Source: an uncultured cyanobacterium (lineage in GTDB: Bacteria > Cyanobacteriota > Cyanobacteriia > CAKZMO01). Taken from it: 64,000 nt of DNA. The notes beneath the pieces were generated by a model, which made no database searches, was not told where the DNA came from, and worked only from the letters and a program-made list of their open reading frames with translations. Position numbers and translations under genes: made by a program. Shown here piece by piece: positions 37,731-48,537 of the stretch (within the stretch, counting starts at the first letter, position 1; each line of letters opens with the position of its first letter). The DNA lies in the NCBI GenBank assembly GCA_963719515.1, contig CAVRCJ010000010.1, positions 832,001 through 896,000 on the forward strand, in the 5' to 3' direction.

Positions 37731-39158
37731 GTGAGTGACTTTGACTACGATCTGATCATCATCGGCGCAGGCGTCGGCGGCCACGGCGCAGCACTACACG
37801 CCGTCGCCTGCGGCCTCAAAACCGCCATCATTGAAGCCGCAGACATGGGAGGCACCTGCGTCAACCGAGGCTGCATTCCCTCCAAAGCCCTGCTCGCCGC
37901 CTCAGGCCGCGTCCGCGAACTGCAGGACGCCCGCCACCTTCAGTCTCTGGGAGTCCACGTCGGCGACGTCAGCTTCGATAGAAGCGCGATCGCAGGCCAC
38001 GCCGCCGACATGGTTTCCAAGCTGCGGGGCGACCTCACCAACAGCCTCGTCAAGCTCAAGGTCGACACCATTCGCGGTTGGGCCACCCTAGCGGGGCCGC
38101 AAAAAGTCAGCATCACCACCGACACGGGCGAGACCACCATTACCGGGCGGGACATTATTCTTGCTCCTGGCTCCGTCCCCTTCGTCCCCCCCGGCATCGA
38201 GCTAGACGGCAAGACGGTATTCACCAGCGACGACGCCATCAAGCTCGACTGGGTGCCCGACTGGATCGCCATTGTGGGCAGCGGCTACATCGGCCTAGAG
38301 TTCTCCGATGTCTACACCGCCCTGGGCTCCGAAGTGACCATTATCGAAGCCCTCGACACCCTCATGCCCGGCTTCGACCCCGATATTGCCAAGCAGGCCC
38401 ACCGGGTGCTGATTGCCACCCGCGACGTCGAAACCCGCACTGGAGTGCTGGCCATGTCGGTGCGCCCCGGCTCTCCGGTGACCATTGAGCTAGCCGACGC
38501 TAAGACCAAAGAAATCGTAGACGTTCTAGAAGTAGACGCCTGCCTAGTGGCCACGGGCCGCGTCCCCGCCACCAAAAAGTTAGGCCTAGAGGCGGTGAGC
38601 GTGGAAACCGATCGCCGGGGCTACATTCCCGTCAGCGACCACCTAGCAGTGCTCTCTGAGGGCAGCCCGGTACCTCACCTGTGGGCCATTGGCGACGCCA
38701 CCGGCAAGATGATGCTGGCCCACGCCGCTTCGGCCCAAGGCATTGCCGTCGTCGAGACCATTTGCGGACGCGATCGCACTGTCGACTACCGCAGCATCCC
38801 TGCCGCCGCCTTCACTCACCCCGAAATTAGCTTTGTGGGCATGACAGAGCCCGCCGCCAAAGAGTATGCCCAAGAGCAAGGGTTCGAAGTGGCCGCAGTG
38901 CGGGCCTACTTCAAGGGCAACTCCAAGGCTCTAGCGGAAAAAGAAACCGACGGGTTGGCCAAGGTGATCTACCGCAAAGACACGGGAGAAGTGCTCGGCG
39001 TCCACATCATCGGCATCCACGCCTCTGACCTGATTCAAGAGGCGGCCAACGCGATCGCCGAACGCCGCAGCGTCAATGACCTCGCGTTCACGGTGCATAC
39101 TCACCCCACGCTGTCTGAGGTGCTGGACGACGCCTACAAGCGGGCGGCAGCGGTATAG
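37731..39158 (+). CDS. lpdA: Dihydrolipoamide dehydrogenase
   Basis: [20 protein letters not shown] and HTHPTLSE. Confidence 0.95.
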   Translation: MSDFDYDLIIIGAGVGGHGAALHAVACGLKTAIIEAADMGGTCVNRGCIPSKALLAASGRVRELQDARHLQSLGVHVGDVSFDRSAIAGHAADMVSKLRGDLTNSLVKLKVDTIRGWATLAGPQKVSITTDTGETTITGRDIILAPGSVPFVPPGIELDGKTVFTSDDAIKLDWVPDWIAIVGSGYIGLEFSDVYTALGSEVTIIEALDTLMPGFDPDIAKQAHRVLIATRDVETRTGVLAMSVRPGSPVTIELADAKTKEIVDVLEVDACLVATGRVPATKKLGLEAVSVETDRRGYIPVSDHLAVLSEGSPVPHLWAIGDATGKMMLAHAASAQGIAVVETICGRDRTVDYRSIPAAAFTHPEISFVGMTEPAAKEYAQEQGFEVAAVRAYFKGNSKALAEKETDGLAKVIYRKDTGEVLGVHIIGIHASDLIQEAANAIAERRSVNDLAFTVHTHPTLSEVLDDAYKRAAAV

Positions 39159-39284
39159 CCTCTGCGGTGTCAGATACCGTGAGGCGATCGCCGGGTATCT
39201 TCTAGGCCGGTGTCTGCGATACCATAGATGGGGTGCGGTCTTCAGAGCGTCAGCGCACCCCTATCTTTTATCTGCCTATCGCCT

Positions 39285-40175
39285 ATGTCTATTCGCCGTC
39301 GCCCTCCCAACCCTGCTGTCGACGTCCAGAGTTTGCGCTACCAGGTCAAGGTTCCCAACGCGGAGCCTCGGCATATCTTGGAAGAGATTGTGTGGCACAA
39401 AGAGAGAGAAGTGACGCAGCTGCGAGAGCGACTGCCCCTCAGCGACCTGCAGCGGCAGGTGCAGCAGGCTTCCCCCCCCAGGGACTTTTGCGCCGCCCTG
39501 CGCCAAAGCCGCTATCAGCCCGCCCTGATTGCCGAGGTCAAAAAAGCCTCTCCCAGTAAGGGCGTCATTCGCGAGAATTTTGATCCCGTGGCGATCGCTG
39601 AGGCCTACGAGCGGGGCGGAGCCGCCTGCATCTCGGTGCTCACCGACGAAAAGTTTTTTCAGGGCAGTTTTGACTACCTGCAGCAGGTGCACCAGGCGGT
39701 AAGCTGTCCGGTGCTCTGCAAAGAGTTCATCATCTACCCCTACCAGATGTATCAGGCCCGGGCCCAGGGTGCGGACGCGGTGCTGCTGATCGCCGCCATC
39801 TTGCCCGACAAAGACCTGCAGTACTTCATCAAGATCGCTCAGGTGCTGGGCATCACCCCGCTGATTGAGGTACATACTCTAGGGGAGCTCGACCGCGTGC
39901 TAGCGCTGTCGGGCGTTACCCTCGTGGGAATCAACAACCGCAACCTTGAGACCTTCTCGGTGCACCTCGAAACGACGGAAGCGCTGATGATGGCTCGCCA
40001 CGACGCCCTTGTGGCCCGAGACATCCTCGTTGTCAGCGAGTCCGGAATTCACGCCCCGGAGGATATCGCTCGCGTTCAGGCTAGCGGAGCAGGCGCTGTC
40101 TTAGTTGGCGAGTCTCTTGTCAAGCAGGCTAATCTTGAGCAAGGCATCCAGTCTCTATTTTCGTCCCAAGCGTAA
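39285..40175 (+). CDS. trpC: Indole-3-glycerol phosphate synthase
   Basis: [29 protein letters not shown] and VSESGI. Confidence 0.96.
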   Translation: MSIRRRPPNPAVDVQSLRYQVKVPNAEPRHILEEIVWHKEREVTQLRERLPLSDLQRQVQQASPPRDFCAALRQSRYQPALIAEVKKASPSKGVIRENFDPVAIAEAYERGGAACISVLTDEKFFQGSFDYLQQVHQAVSCPVLCKEFIIYPYQMYQARAQGADAVLLIAAILPDKDLQYFIKIAQVLGITPLIEVHTLGELDRVLALSGVTLVGINNRNLETFSVHLETTEALMMARHDALVARDILVVSESGIHAPEDIARVQASGAGAVLVGESLVKQANLEQGIQSLFSSQA

Positions 40176-40219
40176 CGAGTTCGCGCCTGCTTTTAACACT
40201 ATTTATCACCTGGCACCAC

Positions 40220-40459
40220 ATGACTACAATTCCATTGCCGTCCCATGTGCATTACGAGTTACTCCTGCAGCTCCTAGAGCAGCAAACGCTGCCAGCCTTA
40301 AACCGGCAGTCCCCCCAGAGAGAGCAGGTTCAGGAGATCATTATCACGTTGCGCAAGGCGCTGTCGCTGCAGAAGCGCTTAGAGGAGAATTGCGAGCGCG
40401 AGCGATTGCTCACAGAGCATCGATGGCCGCTTAACGATCAGGTCGCTTCCCGACCGTAG
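40220..40459 (+). CDS. Conserved cyanobacterial small protein (DUF5340-like)
   Basis: PLPSHVHYELLLQLLE...LRKAL. Confidence 0.7.
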   Translation: MTTIPLPSHVHYELLLQLLEQQTLPALNRQSPQREQVQEIIITLRKALSLQKRLEENCERERLLTEHRWPLNDQVASRP

Positions 40460-40487
40460 GCGGCATATTTCACTGCGGCGTCACGGC

Positions 40488-41801
40488 CTACGGGGCATCT
40501 TCTAGCCACGCCTTTGCAAAGGCGATCGCCGTTTGAGGGTCCGAAATTTCACCCTCTGCGTGGGCGAGGGCCAGACGCTCCAGCAGGCGTCCGAGCTGGG
40601 GACTGGGCCTTATATCCAGCTGGGCCATGAGCTGATGGCCCGTCAGCAGTGGGTTGGGATGAGCCACGGGGTCAGCGGGGTCTATAAAGCGCCGCATCAT
40701 GTCCGCCATCCGGCTGTGGTGAACCTCTAGGGCGATCGCCATTAGCGCCACGGCAGGGAACGCTGGGCCCACTCGCTTGAACAGCTCGTATTGCTGTCGA
40801 CGTCCCAGAGTAGCCCAGGGCGATACGCTGTCACCGCCGTCTTTGACTAGGAGCTGACGCAGCTGCAGGAGCAACAGAACCGCCTGTACCTCAGCGCGGC
40901 TACACTTGAGCTGCCACAGCTGCATCTCGGCCCGCCCCAAGTCTGGAGTCAGGCAGGAGAGTTTAGCAACTTTGATCCAGCTTCTGCCAACGCCAGCGGC
41001 CTGGTGCTGGTCTCGAATCCAGCCGGAAGCACTCCGCCCAAACTCGGGATTGGCCGCCGCTAAGCCATAGAACGCAGCATCGACTTTGGCGACTTCCGCC
41101 AAGCTTTGAGCGGTTACATCGGGAAGCCAGGGCCGCAAGAGCCCGTCGCGCCAAGCCTCGACCAGCTGTATCGTCCCCGCCTCGGGGACATTGAGCAGGT
41201 AGCTCAGCTCGGCGTAGACCCGCTCGGGGGCGACCTGGCGAATAGAGGGGGCCAGCTTGCGAATCGACTGCTGGGTCTCAAGATCGAGATGAAATCCCAG
41301 CTGCGCCGCCTGGCGATAGGCCCGCAGCAGCCGCAGCGGGTCATCCTTGAGGTTTTGCTCATTGATCATGCACAGCCGGTGCTGCTTGAGGTCGGCGGTG
41401 CCGCCAATGGGGTCGAAAATTTGGTTGCGGTGGGGGGAGTAGGCGATCGCGTTGATGGTGAAGTCCCGTCGGCGCAGGTCTTCCTCCAACGAAGATCCCA
41501 TCTGCTCTGCGAAGTCAGCCGTCGCTTCGGGAAAGACCACCCGGGCAATGCGGCGCTCGGCGTCGAGCAGCACGAACCCCGCGTCGTAGCGGTAGGCAAT
41601 CTCCCGCGCCGTGTCTACCGCATCTCGCGCCAGGACAAAGTCTAAATCGAGGTGGGGAGTCTGCCGGCCCAAGAGGCCATCCCGCACGCTGCCGCCAACC
41701 AAATAGGCCTCTTGGGGCAGATCGTCCAAGGTGAAAGGCCATGTCGAAGACAGGAGCGCAGAGGCGGTGGCCGGCGGGCTAGCGGGCGCTCCAACGGTCA
41801 T
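40488..41801 (-). CDS. tRNA nucleotidyltransferase / poly(A) polymerase family protein
   Basis: LVGGSVRD, DLDF, RRDFTINAIA and DDPLRLLRAYR. Confidence 0.9.
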   Translation of the reverse strand: MTVGAPASPPATASALLSSTWPFTLDDLPQEAYLVGGSVRDGLLGRQTPHLDLDFVLARDAVDTAREIAYRYDAGFVLLDAERRIARVVFPEATADFAEQMGSSLEEDLRRRDFTINAIAYSPHRNQIFDPIGGTADLKQHRLCMINEQNLKDDPLRLLRAYRQAAQLGFHLDLETQQSIRKLAPSIRQVAPERVYAELSYLLNVPEAGTIQLVEAWRDGLLRPWLPDVTAQSLAEVAKVDAAFYGLAAANPEFGRSASGWIRDQHQAAGVGRSWIKVAKLSCLTPDLGRAEMQLWQLKCSRAEVQAVLLLLQLRQLLVKDGGDSVSPWATLGRRQQYELFKRVGPAFPAVALMAIALEVHHSRMADMMRRFIDPADPVAHPNPLLTGHQLMAQLDIRPSPQLGRLLERLALAHAEGEISDPQTAIAFAKAWLEDAP

Positions 41802-42041
41802 GGGGGAAAGGCTGACCCGGTTGGGGCGGTTGGGACAATCTGGCTGCGGGCTAACAGGGTTCAAGCGCGAGGGACGGTTTGAATGGCCGTACTCTAAACT
41901 AGAGTTGCAGTCAGCGGACAAGTTCTCCTTCAAGCTCTGGCTTCACATAATCTGAACATCTCTACCAGCCTATCTCATCCCTAAGCCATCTGAGCCCATC
42001 TGCAGCGATCGCCCTATCGAGGCCCATACCCGAGATTAATC

Positions 42042-43553
42042 ATGACATTTACCTCAGCCTCATCCCCTGCGTCTCCCGCGCCAGAGAAGCTTTCAGATTT
42101 TCAGGAAACCCTGGAGGGCTTGCCCAATATCTGCGGCTGGGAGTCGGAAGTCCAGGCGGTTACGCAGCGACAAGACCCGGTTTTTCTGCCTCGAACTAAC
42201 CTGCAGCTAGGCGAGGTCTCTGCCGGATTCGCGATCGCCCTGCATATGCACCAGCCGACGATTCCCGCTGGAGCTGACGGCGGGCTGATCAATCACCTGC
42301 AGTACATGTTCGAGCATGCCCAGGAAGGGGACAACCACAACGCGGGCGCGTTTGCCTACTGCTACAGCCGCATGGCAGACTTTATTCCCGATTTGGTTCA
42401 GCAGGGATACAACCCCCGGGTCATGCTGGACTACTCAGGCAACCTGCTGTGGGGCTTTCAGGACATGGGCCGCATCGACATCCTCGATAATTTGCGGCGC
42501 ATCACCTGCGACCCCGACTACCAGCCTTACGTAGAGTGGCTGGGGACAATGTGGAGCCACTCTGTGGTGTTCACCACCCCCCTACCCGACATCAAGCTAC
42601 ATATCCAGGCCTGGCAGCATCACTTCGCCAGCTTGTTTGGGTGGGAGGCGCTGGGCCGCGTTAAGGGCTTTTCGCCTCCAGAGATGGGCCTGCCCAACCA
42701 CCCCGATGCGCTGTACGCCTTTGTGGAAGCGCTGCTGGACTGCGGCTATCAATGGGTGCTGCTGCAGGAGCATACGGTAGAATCTCTCACCGGAGGCCCT
42801 ATCGTCGCGCCCCATTTGCCCCACCGGCTGGTGGCCAAAAACTCCCGCGGCGACGAGCTCTCTATCACCGCGCTGATCAAAACCCAGGGCTCCGACACTA
42901 AGCTGGTGGGGCAGATGCAGCCCTACTACGAAGCCAAGACTTTGGCCCAGACCGTGGGGCAGCAGTCTTTGGGCGGCGTCTCCATTCCCCCTCTGGTAAC
43001 CCAGGTGAGCGACGGGGAAAACGGCGGCGTGATGATGAACGAATTTCCCGCTGCCTTCCGCAACGCCTGGTATGACATGGGTAAAAGCCGCCAAGGCGCA
43101 GTAGGCATGACGGGCACGGAGTACCTGGAGCTGATTACCGCCGCAGGCTGCTCTCCCACAGACTATCCCCGCTGCCAGGCCGTCGGGCAGCGCCGCATTT
43201 GGGAGCGGGTGGACGCGCCCTCCCCAGAGGCGGTGAGTGAGGCGATCGCCGCCGTGAAGCAGGCCGATTCTCAGTTTTCCATGGATGGGGGATCTTGGAC
43301 CAACCACATCAGCTGGACCGAGGGCTACCAAAATGTACTCTCCCCCATGAATGAGCTGAGCGCTCGCTTTCACAAGGCCATCGCCCCCCACCGGCAGGCC
43401 GACTTTACCCGCCAGCATCGCTACCGCAACGCCCTATTGCACAATCTGCTGCTGCAAACGAGCTGCTTTCGCTATTGGGGGCAGGGAGCCTGGACCGGCT
43501 ACGCCGAGGAGATTTACCGGCGGGGCTGCGCCATCTTAAAGTATGATTTTTGA
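42042..43553 (+). CDS. Glycoside hydrolase family 57-like protein
   Basis: LHMHQP, GFSPPEM and DGENGG. Confidence 0.78.
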   Translation: MTFTSASSPASPAPEKLSDFQETLEGLPNICGWESEVQAVTQRQDPVFLPRTNLQLGEVSAGFAIALHMHQPTIPAGADGGLINHLQYMFEHAQEGDNHNAGAFAYCYSRMADFIPDLVQQGYNPRVMLDYSGNLLWGFQDMGRIDILDNLRRITCDPDYQPYVEWLGTMWSHSVVFTTPLPDIKLHIQAWQHHFASLFGWEALGRVKGFSPPEMGLPNHPDALYAFVEALLDCGYQWVLLQEHTVESLTGGPIVAPHLPHRLVAKNSRGDELSITALIKTQGSDTKLVGQMQPYYEAKTLAQTVGQQSLGGVSIPPLVTQVSDGENGGVMMNEFPAAFRNAWYDMGKSRQGAVGMTGTEYLELITAAGCSPTDYPRCQAVGQRRIWERVDAPSPEAVSEAIAAVKQADSQFSMDGGSWTNHISWTEGYQNVLSPMNELSARFHKAIAPHRQADFTRQHRYRNALLHNLLLQTSCFRYWGQGAWTGYAEEIYRRGCAILKYDF

Positions 43554-43595
43554 GCCGTTAGCGCTGTTCCAAGGTTGCCTGAGGTTGTTTATCTA

Positions 43596-43859
43596 ATGTC
43601 TACTGACCCTTCTAAAACCCCTGCTTCGCCCGAAATGCCTGAGGCCACGCCCACTCCAGAGGCGGCTGCTCCAATCGACGCGGCTCCGCCCGACGTGTTC
43701 GCCCTGCCTGAGCAGGCCCGCCAGCTTGAGCCCGGTTTTGGCTGGAAACCCTACGCTGAGATTATGAATGGCCGCTTCGCCATGATTGGCTTTGTGGCGC
43801 TGCTGGTGGTTGAGCTGGTGACGCGCCAGGACATTTTCACCTGGCTGGGGCTGCGGTAA
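43596..43859 (+). CDS. High-light-inducible (CAB/ELIP/HLIP) protein
   Basis: [20 protein letters not shown]. Confidence 0.9.
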   Translation: MSTDPSKTPASPEMPEATPTPEAAAPIDAAPPDVFALPEQARQLEPGFGWKPYAEIMNGRFAMIGFVALLVVELVTRQDIFTWLGLR

Positions 43860-43921
43860 GCCCGGCGAATTTTGCAGGGGCACGGCAGTGATCTGCGTCT
43901 GATAAACGTGAATATACAACG

Positions 43922-44404
43922 TCACGTCTCTGCAGGATTTGAGCCCTCGCCTTTCAGCCAGCGATACAGTGCCTTTTGAGGGTGAGCGATCTCCTCTAGG
44001 CTGGTGTAGTAATAGTTTTTCCAGCCGTGCTGGGGCAGTCCGGCAAACAGCATTAGGTTTAGAGGATAGACTTCGCTGTCGCTACAGCGGCGAAAGTCGT
44101 CTCGAAACAGGAATATGGCCTTTTTGAGAGCGATCGCCATCCCTAGCTCCACCATCACCCCCTCATCCGGCGGCGTGCCGTTGACCACCGCAAAGATGCC
44201 GTCGCACTTCTCGACGTCCTGCCGGTCGGCCTGAGACACGTCGTAGGCCCACCCTAGCCTGGAGAGGTCAACCTGATTATTGCGCTCGAAGGGCTCCCAG
44301 ACCTCAGCCCCCATAGCCTCCAGGGCAGTGACTAGAGCGGGGAGGAGCGATCGCTGCTGCTGGGAAAATCCGTAGGGATTAGCCAGATAAAGAATTTTGC
44401 TCAT
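43922..44404 (-). CDS. Nucleoside 2-deoxyribosyltransferase family protein
   Basis: YLANPYGF, DEGVMVELGMA and LNLML. Confidence 0.82.
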   Translation of the reverse strand: MSKILYLANPYGFSQQQRSLLPALVTALEAMGAEVWEPFERNNQVDLSRLGWAYDVSQADRQDVEKCDGIFAVVNGTPPDEGVMVELGMAIALKKAIFLFRDDFRRCSDSEVYPLNLMLFAGLPQHGWKNYYYTSLEEIAHPQKALYRWLKGEGSNPAET

Positions 44405-44512
44405 CACCGATCGCCCATAGCGCTACCTCATCCCCGATGGGGCTCCCAGCATTCTACAGCCTCAGCCTATAGGGTTGACGAAAATAGAGGGCTTCAAGTC
44501 TCCTAATGGGCG

Positions 44513-45034
44513 CTATTGTCTCAGTCTGCTTTTGTCAAAGCCTTCTACATCGCGCAAAGAAGAGCCGTCTTCGAGGGTCTTGATTACGCTAAAGCTGCCG
44601 TCGGTTTCTAGCACGACCGCATCGACCTGAGCCATATCGCCGATGCCTTTGTTGCGAATTGAGGCGAGCACTTCCCCTTTGGCAACCCGCTCCTGCTTGA
44701 GGGCTTTATCCAAAAACTGCCCCTCATAAAGCAGCAGCGTTGGCTTTGCCTTGATGAGGTTCTGCACGAGTGAAGAGCGGGTTGCGATCGTCGTGAGGAT
44801 GAACTGATAGAGCACCAGCATGCCAAACCCTAGGCTAGCCTGCGCAAGTGACGTATCTTTTGATAAGAGCATCGCGGCTAAAATTGAGCCAAAGGCAATG
44901 GTGACGACGAAGTCAAAAGAATTCCACTTTGATAGCGTCCGCTTGCCCGAAATGCGGAGTAGAAAAATGATGACGATGTATCCTAAGCTGCCAGCAACGA
45001 AGGTGTGTGCCAGGGACGACCAGCTGTTAAACAT
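44513..45034 (-). CDS. DUF421 (YetF-like) membrane protein
   Basis: LRISGKRTLS..NSFDFVVTIAFGS and LETDGSFSVI. Confidence 0.85.
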   Translation of the reverse strand: MFNSWSSLAHTFVAGSLGYIVIIFLLRISGKRTLSKWNSFDFVVTIAFGSILAAMLLSKDTSLAQASLGFGMLVLYQFILTTIATRSSLVQNLIKAKPTLLLYEGQFLDKALKQERVAKGEVLASIRNKGIGDMAQVDAVVLETDGSFSVIKTLEDGSSLRDVEGFDKSRLRQ

Positions 45035-45075
45035 TTGTGATCACCGTGCAGTGCTCTCAGCTCTCGATGCTACGA

Positions 45076-45467
45076 GTGACATCCTCCCGACGCTGACAGC
45101 AAGCTGTACAGCGCGGGCTTCCTCAGTGACTCCCAGCTATTGCCGAGACATATCCTGAGATAGGTTTATACTCCGCCTGATGCCCCACGGCAGAGTTTTG
45201 AATTTTCATCTCCGCGAGGGAGGATACGCACTATGTGTCGCAGATACATTTGCAAACTGAGGAACGGGTGACTTGCAGCTTTCGCCTACGGGCCCGTCAC
45301 ACTCTTTGCGGGGTGTATCACCTTGCTATCTCTATCATACCAACTGCTAGCCTCAGCGCTGAGCGCACTATCCGCTGTGCATCATTTTGCGGGCGCACTT
45401 CGGCTAGCGCGACTCTCATCCCGACGCTCACCCTGACGGGTAGAGCGCGGGGCTTCCTGTCTAGTCG
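45076..45467 (-). mobile_element. 392-bp non-autonomous IS200/IS605-family mini-element, copy 2
   Basis: Matches 26887-27278 except for two substitutions I could find; preceded by TTTAG, ends TCAC, no target duplication. Confidence 0.88.
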
Positions 45468-45545
45468 CTAAAGCGGACGGTCTGCTATCTGCCGGTAGGC
45501 GGGTTTGGGGCGTGCGGTCCCTTTCCCACAGCTGGGCAGGCAGCG

Positions 45546-46421
45546 CTAGACCTCTTCAGCGCTAGCGATATTTAGCCGCCGCTGCCGCTGCTGGGCAATG
45601 ATGCCGTACTTGGGGGCAAACACCATCGCCAAGGCAAACAGCGCGGTCATCAGCACCACGATGCTGCCCCCCGTCGAAACGTCAAGGTGGTAGCTCATGT
45701 AGGTGCCCAGGATGCAAGAGAGCAGGCTCACCGCCACCGAGAACAGCAGCATATGGTCGAAGCGATCGCTCAGCAAATAGGCCGTTGCCCCCGGCGTCAC
45801 CAGCATGGCCACCACCAGAATAATGCCCGCCGTTTGCAGCGCCGTGACGATGGTCAGCGCTAGCACCAGCAGCAGGGTGTAGTACATAAACTGAACGTTC
45901 AAGCCAATGGCTTTGGCGTGGTTGGGGTCGAAGCAAAACAGCAGCAGGTCTCGCCGCCGCAGCAAAATAATCACTAGGGTTGCCACGCCGGCAATCAGGG
46001 TTTGAATAATATCCTGCTGAGAAATGCCCAGCACGTTGCCGAACAAAATATGAAACAGGTCGATGTTGCTCGGTATCTTGGTGGAGAGCACGATGCCAAA
46101 GGCAAAAAAGCCGGTGAACACCACCCCAATGACCGCGTCTTCCTTGAGCCGCGTTTTCGACTTCACGTAGCCAATGGCGACGGTGGCCCCAAAGCCAAAC
46201 AAAAACGCTCCTAAGGCAAAGGGCAGCCCTAGGGCGTAGGCCACCACCACCCCCGGCACCACCGCATGGGACACCGCGTCACCCATCAGCGACCAGCCTT
46301 TGAGGGTGATGTAGCAGGACAGCACGGCGCACACCAGCCCCACAAAGGCGCTCACCCACAGCGCCTTGACCATAAAGCCGTACTGCAGCGGCTCAATTAA
46401 CCAGCTTACGATCGCGTCCAT
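45546..46421 (-). CDS. mntB: Mn ABC transporter permease
   Basis: GWSLMGDAVSHAVVPG, KEDAVIG and HILFGNVLG. Confidence 0.85.
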   Translation of the reverse strand: MDAIVSWLIEPLQYGFMVKALWVSAFVGLVCAVLSCYITLKGWSLMGDAVSHAVVPGVVVAYALGLPFALGAFLFGFGATVAIGYVKSKTRLKEDAVIGVVFTGFFAFGIVLSTKIPSNIDLFHILFGNVLGISQQDIIQTLIAGVATLVIILLRRRDLLLFCFDPNHAKAIGLNVQFMYYTLLLVLALTIVTALQTAGIILVVAMLVTPGATAYLLSDRFDHMLLFSVAVSLLSCILGTYMSYHLDVSTGGSIVVLMTALFALAMVFAPKYGIIAQQRQRRLNIASAEEV

Positions 46422-46494
46422 TACTCACCGTTTGGATAGCTCTTGAGAAGTAAACCTGCTTCTCCCCCTTTGCAAGGGGGAGCTAGAGGGGGTG

Positions 46495-47259
46495 TTAAAC
46501 ATCGGCCCGCCGCTTGGGCAGGCTGGCGGTGGGCAGTCCCCCGAAGGTCATGACTAGGTTGTCCTCCGTCAGGGTCTCTTCGGTGGTGCCGGAAGCCAAA
46601 ACGGTTTGATTGATGAGGATGACGCGATCGCAAAAGGTGGAGATGGAGGGCAGATCGTGGGTGGAAACCAAGATGGTGTGGCCCTCGTCGCGCAGCTGCA
46701 TCAGCAGATCGATGATCTGCTTCTCAGTCTTAATATCGACGCCGGTAAAGGGCTCATCCAGCAGAATCACTTTGCCCTGCTGCGCCAAAGCCCGCGCCAA
46801 AAACACCCGCTTCTTTTGCCCGCCTGACAGCTCTCCAATCTGGCGGCGGCGGAAGTCACTCAGCCCTACGCGCTCCAGGCTTTCCATCACCAGCCGCTTA
46901 TCTTTGGCGTTGGGGATGCGCAGCAGGTTCATGTAGCCATAGCGCCCCATCATCACCACGTCGTAGACGCTCACAGGAAAGTCCCAGTCCACCTCATCGG
47001 CCTGGGGCACGTAGGCCATTAGCTGCCGCTTTTGGGCCATTTTGGGGGAGTAGCCGCTGATATGGACGCGGCCCTGACCGGGCGGCAGAAACCCCATGAC
47101 GGATTTGAACAGCGTAGATTTACCGCCGCCGTTGGGGCCGACTAAGGCCGTGATGCTGCCCGGTTGAACGGCGCAGTTGACGTTGTAAAGCGCTAGGCGA
47201 GCGTTGCTGTAGGCGACGCTGAGGTTATCAACGGTGATGCCCAAAGATTGTGAGGTCAT
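46495..47259 (-). CDS. mntA: Mn ABC transporter ATPase
   Basis: [23 protein letters not shown] and [10 protein letters not shown]. Confidence 0.85.
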   Translation of the reverse strand: MTSQSLGITVDNLSVAYSNARLALYNVNCAVQPGSITALVGPNGGGKSTLFKSVMGFLPPGQGRVHISGYSPKMAQKRQLMAYVPQADEVDWDFPVSVYDVVMMGRYGYMNLLRIPNAKDKRLVMESLERVGLSDFRRRQIGELSGGQKKRVFLARALAQQGKVILLDEPFTGVDIKTEKQIIDLLMQLRDEGHTILVSTHDLPSISTFCDRVILINQTVLASGTTEETLTEDNLVMTFGGLPTASLPKRRADV

Positions 47260-47294
47260 GGCGGTGCGGGTAGTAGGAGCGAATGTGGGTGGTG

Positions 47295-47439
47295 GGGTCG
47301 GGGCGGGTTTGAGCGTTACGCTTCAGGGAAGGCCATTGCGCTGCTGCGAAACCCGCCCGTTCGGGGTGTTGGTGGGTCGGGGCGGGTTTGAGCGTTACGT
47401 TTCAGGAAAGGCCATTGCGCTGCTGCGAAACCCGCCCGT
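47295..47439. repeat. Tandem pair of about 66-bp REP-like hairpin elements (79-bp period)
   Basis: Each unit is GGGCGGGTTT...AAACCCGCCC; near-identical copies at 47295-47360 and 47374-47439. Confidence 0.85.
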
Positions 47440-47451
47440 ATGGGATGGAGG

Positions 47452-48453
47452 TCAATCCTTCAAAAGGCCCTCCGTAATCGTGCGGGCGTCGTATTCCAAC
47501 AGATCTAAAAACGTCGGTACCGGCCCATCTGAAGGCGACAGAGAATCGACGTACAGATTGCCGCCAAACTCAGCGCCCGTAGCCCGCGCCACCGCCTTTT
47601 GCCCTTCGTCGCTGACGGTGCTCTCGCAAAACACAGCCGGGACGCTGTTTTGCTTTACCTGGTCAATCACCGACTGCACCTGCTTAGGCGTCGACTGTTG
47701 CTCAGCGTTGATGGGCCAAATGTAGATTTCTTTGAGGTCGTAGTCGCGAGCCAGGTAGGAAAATGCCCCCTCACAGCTCACCAGATACCGCTGTTCAGAG
47801 GGCACCTGGGCTAGGTCGGTCTGCAACTGCTCGTCGATCGCCCGCAGTTCGTCGCTGTAGGCCTTGGCGTTGGCGGTGTAGAGGTCAGCGTTGTCGGGGT
47901 CCAGAGCCACGAAGGCCTGCCGGATATTCTCGACATACACTAGCGCATTGCGCGGCGACATCCAGGCGTGAGGGTTGGGCTTGTTTGAATAGGGACCAGC
48001 GGCGATCGCGATCGGCTCGATGCCGTCGGTGAGCACCACGGCGGGGACGTCTCCGGTATTCCCTAGAAACTGCTCAAACCACCGCTCTAAATCCATGCCG
48101 TTGTAGAGAATCAGGTCGGCGTCCTGGGCGTTAACCAAGTCGCTAGGGGTGGGCTCATAGCCGTGAATCTCTGAACCAACGCGGGTTATAGAATCCACCA
48201 TCAGCTGGTCACCGGCAACGCTGCGGGCCATATCCGCCAAAATGGTAAAACTGGTCAGCACTTTGGGCCGCTCGGCAGTACTCGCCGCGGCGTCCGTACT
48301 GGGCTCGGAAGAAGGCTCTACCGCCGTGCTGCAGCTAGCGAGCTGAACACCACTCACCACGGCTAGCGCAATACTGAACAAACGGCCAACGGGCTGACGG
48401 AACAACTGCAAGCCTGTTCGAGAGCATACCGGCAGCATAGGGAGCGCATCCAT
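47452..48453 (-). CDS. mntC: Mn ABC transporter substrate-binding lipoprotein
   Basis: Lipobox LASC, EIHGYEPTPSD, PNPHAWMSPRNALVYVENI, CEGAFSY and YVDSLS. The true start may be slightly downstream. Confidence 0.85.
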   Translation of the reverse strand: MDALPMLPVCSRTGLQLFRQPVGRLFSIALAVVSGVQLASCSTAVEPSSEPSTDAAASTAERPKVLTSFTILADMARSVAGDQLMVDSITRVGSEIHGYEPTPSDLVNAQDADLILYNGMDLERWFEQFLGNTGDVPAVVLTDGIEPIAIAAGPYSNKPNPHAWMSPRNALVYVENIRQAFVALDPDNADLYTANAKAYSDELRAIDEQLQTDLAQVPSEQRYLVSCEGAFSYLARDYDLKEIYIWPINAEQQSTPKQVQSVIDQVKQNSVPAVFCESTVSDEGQKAVARATGAEFGGNLYVDSLSPSDGPVPTFLDLLEYDARTITEGLLKD

Positions 48454-48498
48454 TTCATAATGGTTTCACTTTCTATTATTTCATAATGGTTTCACTTT
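48452..48498 (-). promoter_or_regulatory. Duplicated operator upstream of mntC (ManR-like direct repeats)
   Basis: Exact 21-bp direct repeat (minus strand AAAGTGAAACCATTATGAAAT) at 48452-48472 and 48478-48498; each copy holds TGAAA half-sites 11 bp apart. Confidence 0.6.
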
Positions 48499-48537
48499 TG
48501 CCATATCGGTAGGTCAAAAGTTCTGGGGCCGAGGATC

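Noticed and set aside
47295..47439. Possible CRISPR array
   Set aside because: Only two ~66-bp units with a ~13-bp linker; no unique spacers and no cas genes. It is a REP-like doublet.
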